This document shows, piece by piece, positions 19,236 through 28,041 of a DNA stretch of 64,000 nt; position 1 is the stretch's first letter, and every line of letters starts with the position of its first letter. A program made the translations under genes and the position numbers. The notes beneath the pieces are model-generated. The model had not been told where the DNA came from and searched no databases. It saw nothing but the letters and a program-made list of their open reading frames with translations. The DNA lies in IMG/VR virus record IMGVR_UViG_3300042502_001233, positions 186,001-250,000 of that record. One strand, given 5' to 3'.

Positions 19236-20257
19236 TGTTAAATAACAAACATACTAGAGGTGAAAAAAGCCAATACGATACTTATAAAACATTTAATTAT
19301 TTAAAATATGGTGAAGTAATGTCCGTTAACGACCCAAGTAGTTTGGGGCGTATAAAAGTATGGATTAAAGGTTCTGTAAGTAATGGTGGTGATGATGAAA
19401 TAGTAAATAGTGGTGTCAATTATGATAAACTACCATGGTGCCATCCTTTATTACCTAAACATTTATCAATTCAACCAAAAGTTGGTGAAGGTGTTTGGGT
19501 TTTTGTTTTTAGCAAAGAAAAGGAAAGTGGTGATAGAATGTTTATCGGACCTATCATTTCACAATTAAATAAACTAGATTTCGATAGTGCTAAAACAACT
19601 GCGTTATCTGGATATAATTTTGGTCCAATAAAACCAACTATAAATATTACAAACAAAGGTGGTGCTATTGCAATACCAGAATTAATTGGTGTTTTTCCTA
19701 ATCCTGAAGATGTATCAATTCAAGGTAGGTACAATACTGATATCACACAAAAAAAGAATGAAATAGTTCTTAGAGCTGGTAAATTTGTTGAAGCACCAAT
19801 ATTTAACCCTAGTGAAAACCCATACCCTTTTGTTTTTAATACCGCAACGCAAGGATTTATTCAAATTAAAAATAATGCTGTATTAGAAACAACAAACGTA
19901 GACCAAACACTAGTTAACAATAAAATTGGGACTATTACCAATATAGTGTCAAACAAAATAAATCTTATCACACATGGTGGTTCACCAACTTTCGAAGTTA
20001 CTAACCAACAAAACCTGATTAGTGATAAAGAAATGTCAAGAATTCTTTCTCAAGCTCACCAACTACCTTTTGGTGATATATTACTACAATATTTAAAATT
20101 GTTAAAAGAAGCTTTTCTAAATCACGTACACAATGGACATGGTAATAAAGCTACTGATTTAACTATTGAAGGAAATAAACAAGCAATAAAAGTTTTCCTA
20201 GATAAAGCCAAAGAATTAGAAGATTCGATGTTATCTAAAAACATTCGTATTAATTAA
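19235..20257 (+). CDS. Baseplate central spike, gp5/VgrG-like (OB-fold N terminus)
   Basis: GEVMSVNDPSSLGRIKV...LPWC...PKVGEGVWV; C-terminal HVH metal-binding spike-tip motif. Confidence 0.75.
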   Translation: MLNNKHTRGEKSQYDTYKTFNYLKYGEVMSVNDPSSLGRIKVWIKGSVSNGGDDEIVNSGVNYDKLPWCHPLLPKHLSIQPKVGEGVWVFVFSKEKESGDRMFIGPIISQLNKLDFDSAKTTALSGYNFGPIKPTINITNKGGAIAIPELIGVFPNPEDVSIQGRYNTDITQKKNEIVLRAGKFVEAPIFNPSENPYPFVFNTATQGFIQIKNNAVLETTNVDQTLVNNKIGTITNIVSNKINLITHGGSPTFEVTNQQNLISDKEMSRILSQAHQLPFGDILLQYLKLLKEAFLNHVHNGHGNKATDLTIEGNKQAIKVFLDKAKELEDSMLSKNIRIN

Positions 20258-20299
20258 GCTTATTACTGTTTTTGTGATATTTATAATAAAAACAAAACC

Positions 20300-21706
20300 A
20301 TGGTAATACGTACATATTTCGATAAAAACAACACAATAGTTAGTAACTCAATTGTCAACACTGGGCTAAACCCAGTGGCCGAGTTATTTTATGGTGGTGC
20401 TGACGGTGCTGAAAAATATAGTAGGTTTTTATTTTACTTTGATGAGACTAGAATTAAGAATTTATACACTGGCGGCACGTATACAGACCTAACTAAACTA
20501 AAACACACTCTTAGACTAACAAACACAGCATCATTCGATAAAGGTCTTTTAAATGGCACGATGGAAGCCAAGGATAGAGCTTCATCATTTGATTTGATTC
20601 TATTTGAAATAAATCAGGATTGGGATAACGGTGTTGGTTATGATTATGAAGTTCCTATAATTGTAAGTGGTGATTATTTTTATTCTAGTGACCCATCAAA
20701 TTGGACAGCACCTAAAACTGGTGAAGCTTGGGCTAATGGTACAGGCGTTTACTCTGGTTCACCTTCAGGTATTACCATAACAACACAACATTTTGATAAA
20801 GGTAATGAAAACATAGAAATGGATATTACCGACTATGTTAATGGATTGTTAACTGGGGATACAAACTATGGTTTAGGTATCGCATATGCTAGAGGTTATG
20901 AACAATTAAATACTTCGGCTCTTCAATATGTTGGCTTCTTTACCAACAACACACAAACTTTCTACGAACCGTTTGTTGAAACAATCTACGATAACCACAT
21001 TAAAGACGATAGGAACAACTTTTTCCTAGATAAACATAACAAACTATATCTTTACGTAAATCTTGCGGGAAATCCATCTAATTTGGATTCTATACCTAGT
21101 GTAGACGTTTACGATGAAAATGGTGTTATATTTTCATCATATACATCTTCAGATGTAACACACGTTACGTTAGGTGTTTATTCTATAGATATCATAGTAC
21201 CAACAACCGAGTCAAACGAAAATACAATGTACAATGATGTTTGGAAAGGTGTGGTGATAAACGGTGTTACAAGACCAAATATTAGTTTAGATTTTGTAAT
21301 GAGACCATCTATGGAATATTACAATATTGGAAACAACGATATGTTACCTAAAAAAATTGCTGTATCTATTGGTGGTATCAGAAACCAAGAAAAGATAAAA
21401 CGTGGGGATGTTCGTAAGGGTATCGTATCAGCTAGAATACCTTACACTGTAGAACAAACACAAACCATCGACAACCTTCAATATAGACTATATGTAAAAG
21501 AAGGTGTTAGAGAGTTAACAGTGATTGATTTCCAACCAGTTGAAATGGCAAATAATTACTACTATTTCTTGTTAGATACAGCTAGCCTTATCCCTAACAC
21601 TTATTATTTAGATGTACTTGCAACATCAAATTTAGAGGTTACAACAATTAAAAGCGTGGTTCAATTTGATATTGTAAACCAAGTTGAATTAAGAAAAGGC
21701 CAGTAA
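20300..21706 (+). CDS. Putative virion structural protein
   Basis: 468-aa, rich in beta-forming residues, Thr, Asn and Tyr; preceded by ATATTTAT at 20277. Confidence 0.55.
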   Translation: MVIRTYFDKNNTIVSNSIVNTGLNPVAELFYGGADGAEKYSRFLFYFDETRIKNLYTGGTYTDLTKLKHTLRLTNTASFDKGLLNGTMEAKDRASSFDLILFEINQDWDNGVGYDYEVPIIVSGDYFYSSDPSNWTAPKTGEAWANGTGVYSGSPSGITITTQHFDKGNENIEMDITDYVNGLLTGDTNYGLGIAYARGYEQLNTSALQYVGFFTNNTQTFYEPFVETIYDNHIKDDRNNFFLDKHNKLYLYVNLAGNPSNLDSIPSVDVYDENGVIFSSYTSSDVTHVTLGVYSIDIIVPTTESNENTMYNDVWKGVVINGVTRPNISLDFVMRPSMEYYNIGNNDMLPKKIAVSIGGIRNQEKIKRGDVRKGIVSARIPYTVEQTQTIDNLQYRLYVKEGVRELTVIDFQPVEMANNYYYFLLDTASLIPNTYYLDVLATSNLEVTTIKSVVQFDIVNQVELRKGQ

Positions 21707-21707
21707 T

Positions 21708-22448
21708 ATGAAAAGTTTTATAAAACAAAGACTCAGAGAACAATTAGTTGAGAGTATGCCAAATGAACTTATTGGTAATATAACAATTAATATTCCGTTT
21801 AACAAATTAGTGTTAGATAAATTAAATTTAGAATGGGCTATTAGAAACATAAAAGAAAAACGACCATCCAGAAGCACCAATAAACCAATGCAAGTAGCGG
21901 TTAGCCATGACAACAAATATTATTTATTAGATGGTTACCATAGACTAATAGAAGCTGTGTTAAACGGTGAAACTAGTACTAAAGGTATTGGGTTAAATAA
22001 ATCTTATGAAGAACTTAAAAAAATGAATAAAATTGGTGTTGGTTGTGCTGGTGGTTCTGGTGATGAATTTTGTAATAACTTTAAAACCGTTGGTTCTATT
22101 GATATGATTAAAAATGAGTTTAAACAAAACAATTTATCTGAGCAAATGATTGATGGACAAAACATGAATGGCACTATGCAAAATAGTTGCAACACAATGA
22201 CTATTAATAGTTACGATGAAGCTTTGAGTAGGGTAGAAGCATCGCTTAAAGGTGTTAGTCCAGAAACAAGACAACAAGTTATGCAAAAAATTCACGTTCC
22301 GTTGGAAAATCTTAAACAAGAAGAACAAAAATTAAACCGTGAAGAAAAATCACAACACATGACTGGTGATTCAATGCCAGACCAAGTAGACACCTATTGG
22401 CACCAGATTCAATCAACTTTGTGTGAATTGGGACCAGATTTTGAATAA
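21708..22448 (+). CDS. ParB/Srx-like nuclease-domain protein with the N-terminal MKxxIKxxLRE tag
   Basis: YYLLDGYHRL motif; N terminus MKSFIKQRLRE. Confidence 0.6.
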   Translation: MKSFIKQRLREQLVESMPNELIGNITINIPFNKLVLDKLNLEWAIRNIKEKRPSRSTNKPMQVAVSHDNKYYLLDGYHRLIEAVLNGETSTKGIGLNKSYEELKKMNKIGVGCAGGSGDEFCNNFKTVGSIDMIKNEFKQNNLSEQMIDGQNMNGTMQNSCNTMTINSYDEALSRVEASLKGVSPETRQQVMQKIHVPLENLKQEEQKLNREEKSQHMTGDSMPDQVDTYWHQIQSTLCELGPDFE

Positions 22449-22450
22449 CT

Positions 22451-22897
22451 ATGAAACGATTAATAAAACATTTATTACGAGAAGCGATGTTGGAGCCTAT
22501 CTTAAATGATAATTTTCACCAATGGTTTGATGGTAGTCAAGTTGTTGATGACAATGGTAACCCACTTGTGTGTTACCATGGTACCAGTAAAAGTTTTTCT
22601 ACTTTTAATCGTAAACATTCAGCACAAGGTGTGTTTTGGTTTACTAGTGATAAAAACAAAATAATCGCTGGAGAAGCTGGTGCCGCATCTAGAGATGCGA
22701 TTATCCCAGTATTTTTATCAGCTAAAAACTTAGCTGGATGGAGCGAATATGGAAAACTAGGATTAGGTCAAATACAAGGTAGAGGTTACGATGGTGTTAA
22801 ATTAGATGATGATTACATTATTTTTGAACCAACTCAAATAAAATCTATTAACAACAAAGGTGAATGGAGCTCAAACAATAAAAATATTTTTAAATAA
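22451..22897 (+). CDS. ADP-ribosyltransferase-like (ART-PolyVal type) protein with the N-terminal tag
   Basis: WFDGSQVVDDNGNPLVCYHGT...FWFTS...GYDGV...YIIFEPTQIKS; N terminus MKRLIKHLLRE. Confidence 0.65.
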   Translation: MKRLIKHLLREAMLEPILNDNFHQWFDGSQVVDDNGNPLVCYHGTSKSFSTFNRKHSAQGVFWFTSDKNKIIAGEAGAASRDAIIPVFLSAKNLAGWSEYGKLGLGQIQGRGYDGVKLDDDYIIFEPTQIKSINNKGEWSSNNKNIFK

Positions 22898-22948
22898 TAT
22901 TTACATTTAAAATAGTTTTTATTATATTTATGATTATACGTTAACTCC

Positions 22949-23007
22949 GTATTGGTTTTGAGTCAGAAATGGCTTCAGAGTTGTCTAGGCAACAAAGAAA
23001 TTAGTAC
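22949..23007 (+). ncRNA. Candidate structured 5' leader (three-way junction)
   Basis: Closing stem GUAUUGGUU/AAUUAGUAC, a GAAA-capped hairpin GAGUCA/UGGCUU and a CUAG-capped hairpin GUUGU/GCAAC. Confidence 0.35.
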
Positions 23008-23039
23008 AATAATAACAATAAATTAAAAGTTAATTAAAC

Positions 23040-24026
23040 ATGAAAAACTTAAATTATGTGGTACCAAAAATGCCAACAGCTAATTTGGCTGTAAACAAAA
23101 GTAGAGTTAAGCTCTACAACAAGCAAGGCGATTTGCCAACTTATTACTTACAAAAAAAGCAAGAGTTCCAGATTGAACTTTTCAATCCAACTACGGACAC
23201 TGTACTTGCTAAAATTACACTTAACGGAAATGTTATCTCACAAGGTGGTCTTGTTTTAAATCCTGGCCAAAGAGTATTCCTTGACAGATACTTAGACGTT
23301 GCCAAAAAATTCTTATTTGATACTTACGAAGTAGCTAACACACAAGAAGTTAAAGAAGCTATTGTAAACAACGGTGACTTCAAAGTAGAATTCTATAGAG
23401 AATCAAAACCAAGACCTAGAAATCCAATAATAACTCTTGGTGGTCTTGGCAAAAGAAGCGTTTTTGGTGGACCAAATTATGACCAAGGGATTATTCGTTA
23501 CGACAGTACAAACACTGGTGGTTACGTTTACAATTCAGGCACTGCACCTAACACACCGTTGTGTAATACATTCACAACGTCTACTAATGCTGTTGGTGGG
23601 TTATATTCAACAACTGGTTTGTTAAGTGGTGATATTTCAAACACCGTTTCAACTAGCGCATTCTATAGTTCAAACGTAAATTATAGCGACACCTTAAACG
23701 GTGAAGTTACAATGGATTGTATGTCGACTGAAAAAAGTGTTGAAACACCTAAAGATTTAACTAGAAGCAAAGGTTTAAAAGCTAAAAAATCTAAATCAAT
23801 TGAAACTGGTAGAGTTGAACAAGGTTCACATTCTGACCAAAAATTCAAAACTGTTGATAAAGATTTTGAATGGTTCGCATTCCATACTGTAGAAGCAAAA
23901 TTACTCCCAATATCTCAAAAAATAAACACAGCTGAAGATATCAACGTAAAAAGATATTGTACAAACTGTGGTGCCAAACTAAGTAAAGGACAAAAGTTCT
24001 GTGCTAACTGCGGCACAAAAGCTTAA
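23040..24026 (+). CDS. Hypothetical protein with a C-terminal double zinc ribbon
   Basis: CTNCG...FCANCG at the C terminus. Confidence 0.75.
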   Translation: MKNLNYVVPKMPTANLAVNKSRVKLYNKQGDLPTYYLQKKQEFQIELFNPTTDTVLAKITLNGNVISQGGLVLNPGQRVFLDRYLDVAKKFLFDTYEVANTQEVKEAIVNNGDFKVEFYRESKPRPRNPIITLGGLGKRSVFGGPNYDQGIIRYDSTNTGGYVYNSGTAPNTPLCNTFTTSTNAVGGLYSTTGLLSGDISNTVSTSAFYSSNVNYSDTLNGEVTMDCMSTEKSVETPKDLTRSKGLKAKKSKSIETGRVEQGSHSDQKFKTVDKDFEWFAFHTVEAKLLPISQKINTAEDINVKRYCTNCGAKLSKGQKFCANCGTKA

Positions 24027-24055
24027 AAAAAAAATAATTAATGTTAACGTATATA

Positions 24056-24086
24056 AAAACCCTAGATTTCTCTAGGGTTTTTTTTT
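24056..24086 (+). terminator. Rho-independent terminator (probably bidirectional)
   Basis: AAAACCCTAGA-TTTC-TCTAGGGTTTT followed by a T run, between convergent genes. Confidence 0.85.
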
Positions 24087-24312
24087 ATTTTATTAATTTA
24101 TTTAATTGGTTTATTATTTCATTTGATTGGGTATCCCATTTTATTATAATATCAACACCATTTGATTTTTTTGGATGGTCAGATATACGTACTGGTATGC
24201 CATTAAATGTAAAATAAATAGAATTTGTTGAAATAGATGCGTTAAAATCATCCATTTTACCTTTATTATTTAACCATTTTGTTGTTTTATTTATTTTATG
24301 ATTAGTTAACAT
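24085..24312 (-). CDS. Hypothetical protein
   Basis: 75-aa ORF containing VRISDH. Confidence 0.55.
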   Translation of the reverse strand: MLTNHKINKTTKWLNNKGKMDDFNASISTNSIYFTFNGIPVRISDHPKKSNGVDIIIKWDTQSNEIINQLNKLIK

Positions 24313-24423
24313 GTTCTTAAAACTATTATAACTATATGAACCTTTATTTTTTTTTTGTAATTTATAAAAAATCTTGGTTTTTCTGTTAAATCATAGTGTG
24401 TAGAAACATTCCTTACAGATAAA

Positions 24424-24525
24424 TTAGGGAAATATTTTTTTACCTTCAATATATAACGGGTCATTTAAAATTTCATTATCGTTTGTTAGATTTTCTCTAA
24501 GTAATTTTTTTATCAATCTTTTCAT
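24424..24525 (-). pseudogene. 33-aa mini-ORF or gene remnant carrying the N-terminal tag (MKRLIKKLLRENL...)
   Basis: Translated by hand; starts 1 nt after the upstream stop and ends early after an A7 run. Confidence 0.5.
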
Positions 24526-24526
24526 A

Positions 24527-25306
24527 TTATCCATATACTACTTCACCCATAACACACAATTGTAAAAATATATCAGCATCGTTAGCATCATATTGCTCGT
24601 CAAGTATATTTTCCCAAACATCTGGGTAATCTTTTTTAACTATTGTTATTGCTTCAAGAATTGAATTCATATCTACAGTACCTAACAATCCTTTATCAGA
24701 ATGTGTTTCAGTGTAATCATCTTCATCATATTCTTCTTCAGCATCATAAAATTGAACATAACCACCTTTAAGGATATATTCACCAATGGCTTCAGATACT
24801 GGCTGACCCATTTCCTTGGCTTTATAACGAACTTCTTTTGGTAAATGCTTTATGTGGTACCAATAATTTGAACCACCCTCTAACGCGTCTACAAATAGGT
24901 TTATAATATCTTCTTTCCCAAAGGTTCTAGATTCTCTAGCTTTAAGTTTTTCTTCTTCGTATTTTTTATTGTTCAAATATTGTGTTGAAACTCTATTAAA
25001 AATATCTTCTCTATTAATATTCTCCCAATTTTTAACATATTTTTCTAATGTATGTATTCTATCTTCTTTTTCTTTCTTTATATTAAGAATATAATCCGTT
25101 GGAACACCTTCAAGTTTACCACTAGCCATTGCAGTCAATATAGAATCCAAAACTTTATGCGTTGTTTCTAACTCATCTTTTAATTTTTCTTGTTGTTCTT
25201 TGGCTTGAATCATTTCTCGATTAACAATTTGGTTTATCTGGTCCAAATCTTCAGGTGTTAACCCTTCTAACCCTTCTCTAAGTAATTTTTTTATATATTC
25301 TTTCAT
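24527..25306 (-). CDS. Hypothetical protein with the N-terminal tag
   Basis: MKEYIKKLLRE start; ATATTTAT 4 nt upstream. Confidence 0.75.
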   Translation of the reverse strand: MKEYIKKLLREGLEGLTPEDLDQINQIVNREMIQAKEQQEKLKDELETTHKVLDSILTAMASGKLEGVPTDYILNIKKEKEDRIHTLEKYVKNWENINREDIFNRVSTQYLNNKKYEEEKLKARESRTFGKEDIINLFVDALEGGSNYWYHIKHLPKEVRYKAKEMGQPVSEAIGEYILKGGYVQFYDAEEEYDEDDYTETHSDKGLLGTVDMNSILEAITIVKKDYPDVWENILDEQYDANDADIFLQLCVMGEVVYG

Positions 25307-25326
25307 ATCTATAAATATCCTATAAC

Positions 25327-26010
25327 TTATAAAAGTTTCGTACCTTTACTTAAATTATCTGGACCCCATAACGGTTGAAGATTGCTTAATTTCCAACACT
25401 CTTTAAACCCAATATCATCAGTACTCTCAAATTGAAAACTATTCATCGGTATCTTATGGTCAACATGCCATTCACCATAATTATCCCATGTCATTCCAAT
25501 AGCGAATAATGCTTCTAAATGTATCATTAATTCTTCTATTGAATAACCTAATAAATCAAAAGTTTTATTGGTTTTCTTAACACCACGTTCTTTTAATAAT
25601 TGCCATACAGCGGTTCTAGTTCTAACACCTAATCGGTATTTAGGGTCTTCAGCACGTCTTTTACGTTCATAGTCTCTAGCGTATTTATTTACGTGTTCAC
25701 GATTATTTTCTCGCCAATTAGTGTGATATTCACGTAAACCATCTCTATTACTTTTAGACCATTTTTTATTATATTCACTTATTTTTTCTTTATTTTTTTT
25801 AATGTATTTTTTGTTAGCCACGGATTTACCACCTATATTTCTCCTACCAGATGGACCGATGTTCACTCCATTTTCTTTAAGTGTTCTTAATATTATTGTT
25901 TTATGAAAACCCATACGTTCACTAATAGTTGTAGAACCTAATAATTCATCATTATACATTTTTAAACATTCTAAAATTTGTTCTTGTGTTAATTCTATTT
26001 TTTTGCTCAT
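25327..26010 (-). CDS. HNH endonuclease (probable homing endonuclease)
   Basis: MTWDNYGEWHVDHKIP...CWKLSNLQPLW...NLSK; ATG at 26010 follows a TTG-N20-TATATTTG promoter. Confidence 0.85.
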   Translation of the reverse strand: MSKKIELTQEQILECLKMYNDELLGSTTISERMGFHKTIILRTLKENGVNIGPSGRRNIGGKSVANKKYIKKNKEKISEYNKKWSKSNRDGLREYHTNWRENNREHVNKYARDYERKRRAEDPKYRLGVRTRTAVWQLLKERGVKKTNKTFDLLGYSIEELMIHLEALFAIGMTWDNYGEWHVDHKIPMNSFQFESTDDIGFKECWKLSNLQPLWGPDNLSKGTKLL

Positions 26011-26070
26011 TTTCTTATAATTTATACAAATATATAAATAATAGATTATAAAGTCAAGGATATAACGCAA

Positions 26071-26096
26071 AAAAGGTGGAAATAAATCCACCTTTT
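26071..26096 (-). terminator. Terminator after the major capsid gene
   Basis: AAAAGGTGGA-AATAAA-TCCACCTTTT. Confidence 0.8.
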
Positions 26097-26118
26097 AAGT
26101 TTATATTATTAAGAGTGA

Positions 26119-28008
26119 TTATCTCAACTCATTAATATTGAATGTTTGTACACCATCCACTCTTAAATGTCCGTAGAAACGGTTGTTAACAGTTTTTTTC
26201 GCGTAACGAGTCATGATACCTTTCACTGGAGCAAAGTTGAATGGGTTATACATTGTAGGTGTCAATTGTAATGGCACGTATGGAGCATAGATGTATCCAG
26301 TGTCTAACAATGATTTACCTTTGTGACCAATGATGATAGAGTAAGATGGTGCATAAGGGTCACGGTACACTTGGTAACGTCCACTTAAAGAACCGATTCT
26401 TTCAATACCCATGTTGTATTGGTCTTGCTCTGGGTTAGCGTCACTTACGTGGAAGTATTCTAAGTCATCAAAGATAGCTGAGATTTCTGAAGATACTACG
26501 ATAAAGTTAGCACCACCTCTAAGAGTTGATTTATGGATTTGAGCAGAGATTTGGTTTAATTTAGTAATTAAAGTTTGGTTCCACTCTTTTTGTGTGTATG
26601 GTGCAGCAGCATTACCTGTAGCTTTTCTCCATCCGTTGTAGTCCCAACGCAATTGCCATGCAGCAGCTTTACGTAAGTCTCTAAGGATTTCACGGTCGAT
26701 TTCAGCAGCAACTTGCTCAGAAAGCATTGCAGTTAATTCAGCTTCAGCGTCGATGTTGTGGAATGCACTAACGTCTTGCGCTAACTCTGGAGACCATGTA
26801 GCTCTTAATTTTCTTTCTTCAACTGATACTACAACTTCATCTAATCTGAAAGATACTTCTCCCATTTCAGTTTCAAGTTCTAATGTAGCGTATTCAGCCC
26901 AAGTTACAACTAAACCAGCACCACCTAAAGCACTTGTACTAGTGATAGCAGATACAGTAGTAGCGGAAGCACCTACATAACCATCGTATGTTGCAGTACC
27001 TACAGCAGCAGCACCTGTACCAGCAGTTGAACCAGCTGGGTGAGTCAAGTCTAACTCAATGTACATAACACCGTTTGGTGTAGTTAATATTGGGTAACCA
27101 CTAGCGTTAGTGTTTTTAGTTTGAACAATACCACTACCGTATTTTTGAGTTACAAGACGGAATGGAACTTCACCACCAGCAGCGATAATTTGGTTACCAT
27201 CACGGTCTAAAATAGCGTTAGTAGAAACAACTTTCAACGAAGCCAAGAATGACTCAGTATCCATATTGTTACCATCAGGACCAGTTAATACTTCTCTACC
27301 AGCAGCAGAACCAGCACCACCTGTGAAACCTGAAATAGACAATAAAGCATTTCTTACAGAACCATCAGCAGCTGTTGGGTAACTATTTGATGGAGTTGCA
27401 GTAGTAAATTCACCATTAGTTCCTAAAGTTTGACCGTTAGCGTTAGTAATACTATAAGATACAATTGTAAGAGTACCTTTTGAGTTATCGAATAAACCAT
27501 CATTGTAGAAAATATCATACAAGTTTTTAGCCATCCAAGGAGTCATTGTACAAGTACTAGTAGCAGTTTTAACACATGAAGGAATACCATCATACCCCAT
27601 TGAAGTGTGAGCAGAGAAAGTAGGTCCATCACCGTTGTAGTAATCACCACCTTGACCAGCAGCGTTTACACGCTCTGAAGTTAAAGGTACGAAGAAGAAC
27701 AATTTACCGATTGGCATGTTCATAGCTTGTACTGATACAACGTCATTAGCTAATAATTTTGAGAAAACTCTACGTACAATTGGGAATACTACAGTTTCAA
27801 AAGAACCTGAGCTACCAGCAGTAGTTGATTCAGTCAATAATGAAGACGCTTGGTTTTCATATAATTGAGCGATGTTTTCTTTAACGTGGCCTCTAAGACC
27901 ATCTAGGAATCCTAATGAATCCCATTTTTGTTGAGTCTCTAAACGGATAGCCTTCATGTGGTTTAATCCGATGTTACCAACTTGTCCAGATGTTAATAAA
28001 TGTGACAT
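26119..28008 (-). CDS. gp23: Major capsid protein, T4 gp23-like
   Basis: PIVRRVF...VQAMNMPIGKLF, RKLRATWSPELAQD...IDAEAEL, EIDREI, YAPYVPL and GIMTRYA; LLTE|S maturation-site-like motif. Confidence 0.97.
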   Translation of the reverse strand: MSHLLTSGQVGNIGLNHMKAIRLETQQKWDSLGFLDGLRGHVKENIAQLYENQASSLLTESTTAGSSGSFETVVFPIVRRVFSKLLANDVVSVQAMNMPIGKLFFFVPLTSERVNAAGQGGDYYNGDGPTFSAHTSMGYDGIPSCVKTATSTCTMTPWMAKNLYDIFYNDGLFDNSKGTLTIVSYSITNANGQTLGTNGEFTTATPSNSYPTAADGSVRNALLSISGFTGGAGSAAGREVLTGPDGNNMDTESFLASLKVVSTNAILDRDGNQIIAAGGEVPFRLVTQKYGSGIVQTKNTNASGYPILTTPNGVMYIELDLTHPAGSTAGTGAAAVGTATYDGYVGASATTVSAITSTSALGGAGLVVTWAEYATLELETEMGEVSFRLDEVVVSVEERKLRATWSPELAQDVSAFHNIDAEAELTAMLSEQVAAEIDREILRDLRKAAAWQLRWDYNGWRKATGNAAAPYTQKEWNQTLITKLNQISAQIHKSTLRGGANFIVVSSEISAIFDDLEYFHVSDANPEQDQYNMGIERIGSLSGRYQVYRDPYAPSYSIIIGHKGKSLLDTGYIYAPYVPLQLTPTMYNPFNFAPVKGIMTRYAKKTVNNRFYGHLRVDGVQTFNINELR

Positions 28009-28041
28009 AATTTGTTTTTTTATTTTTTTATTGGGTTATTG

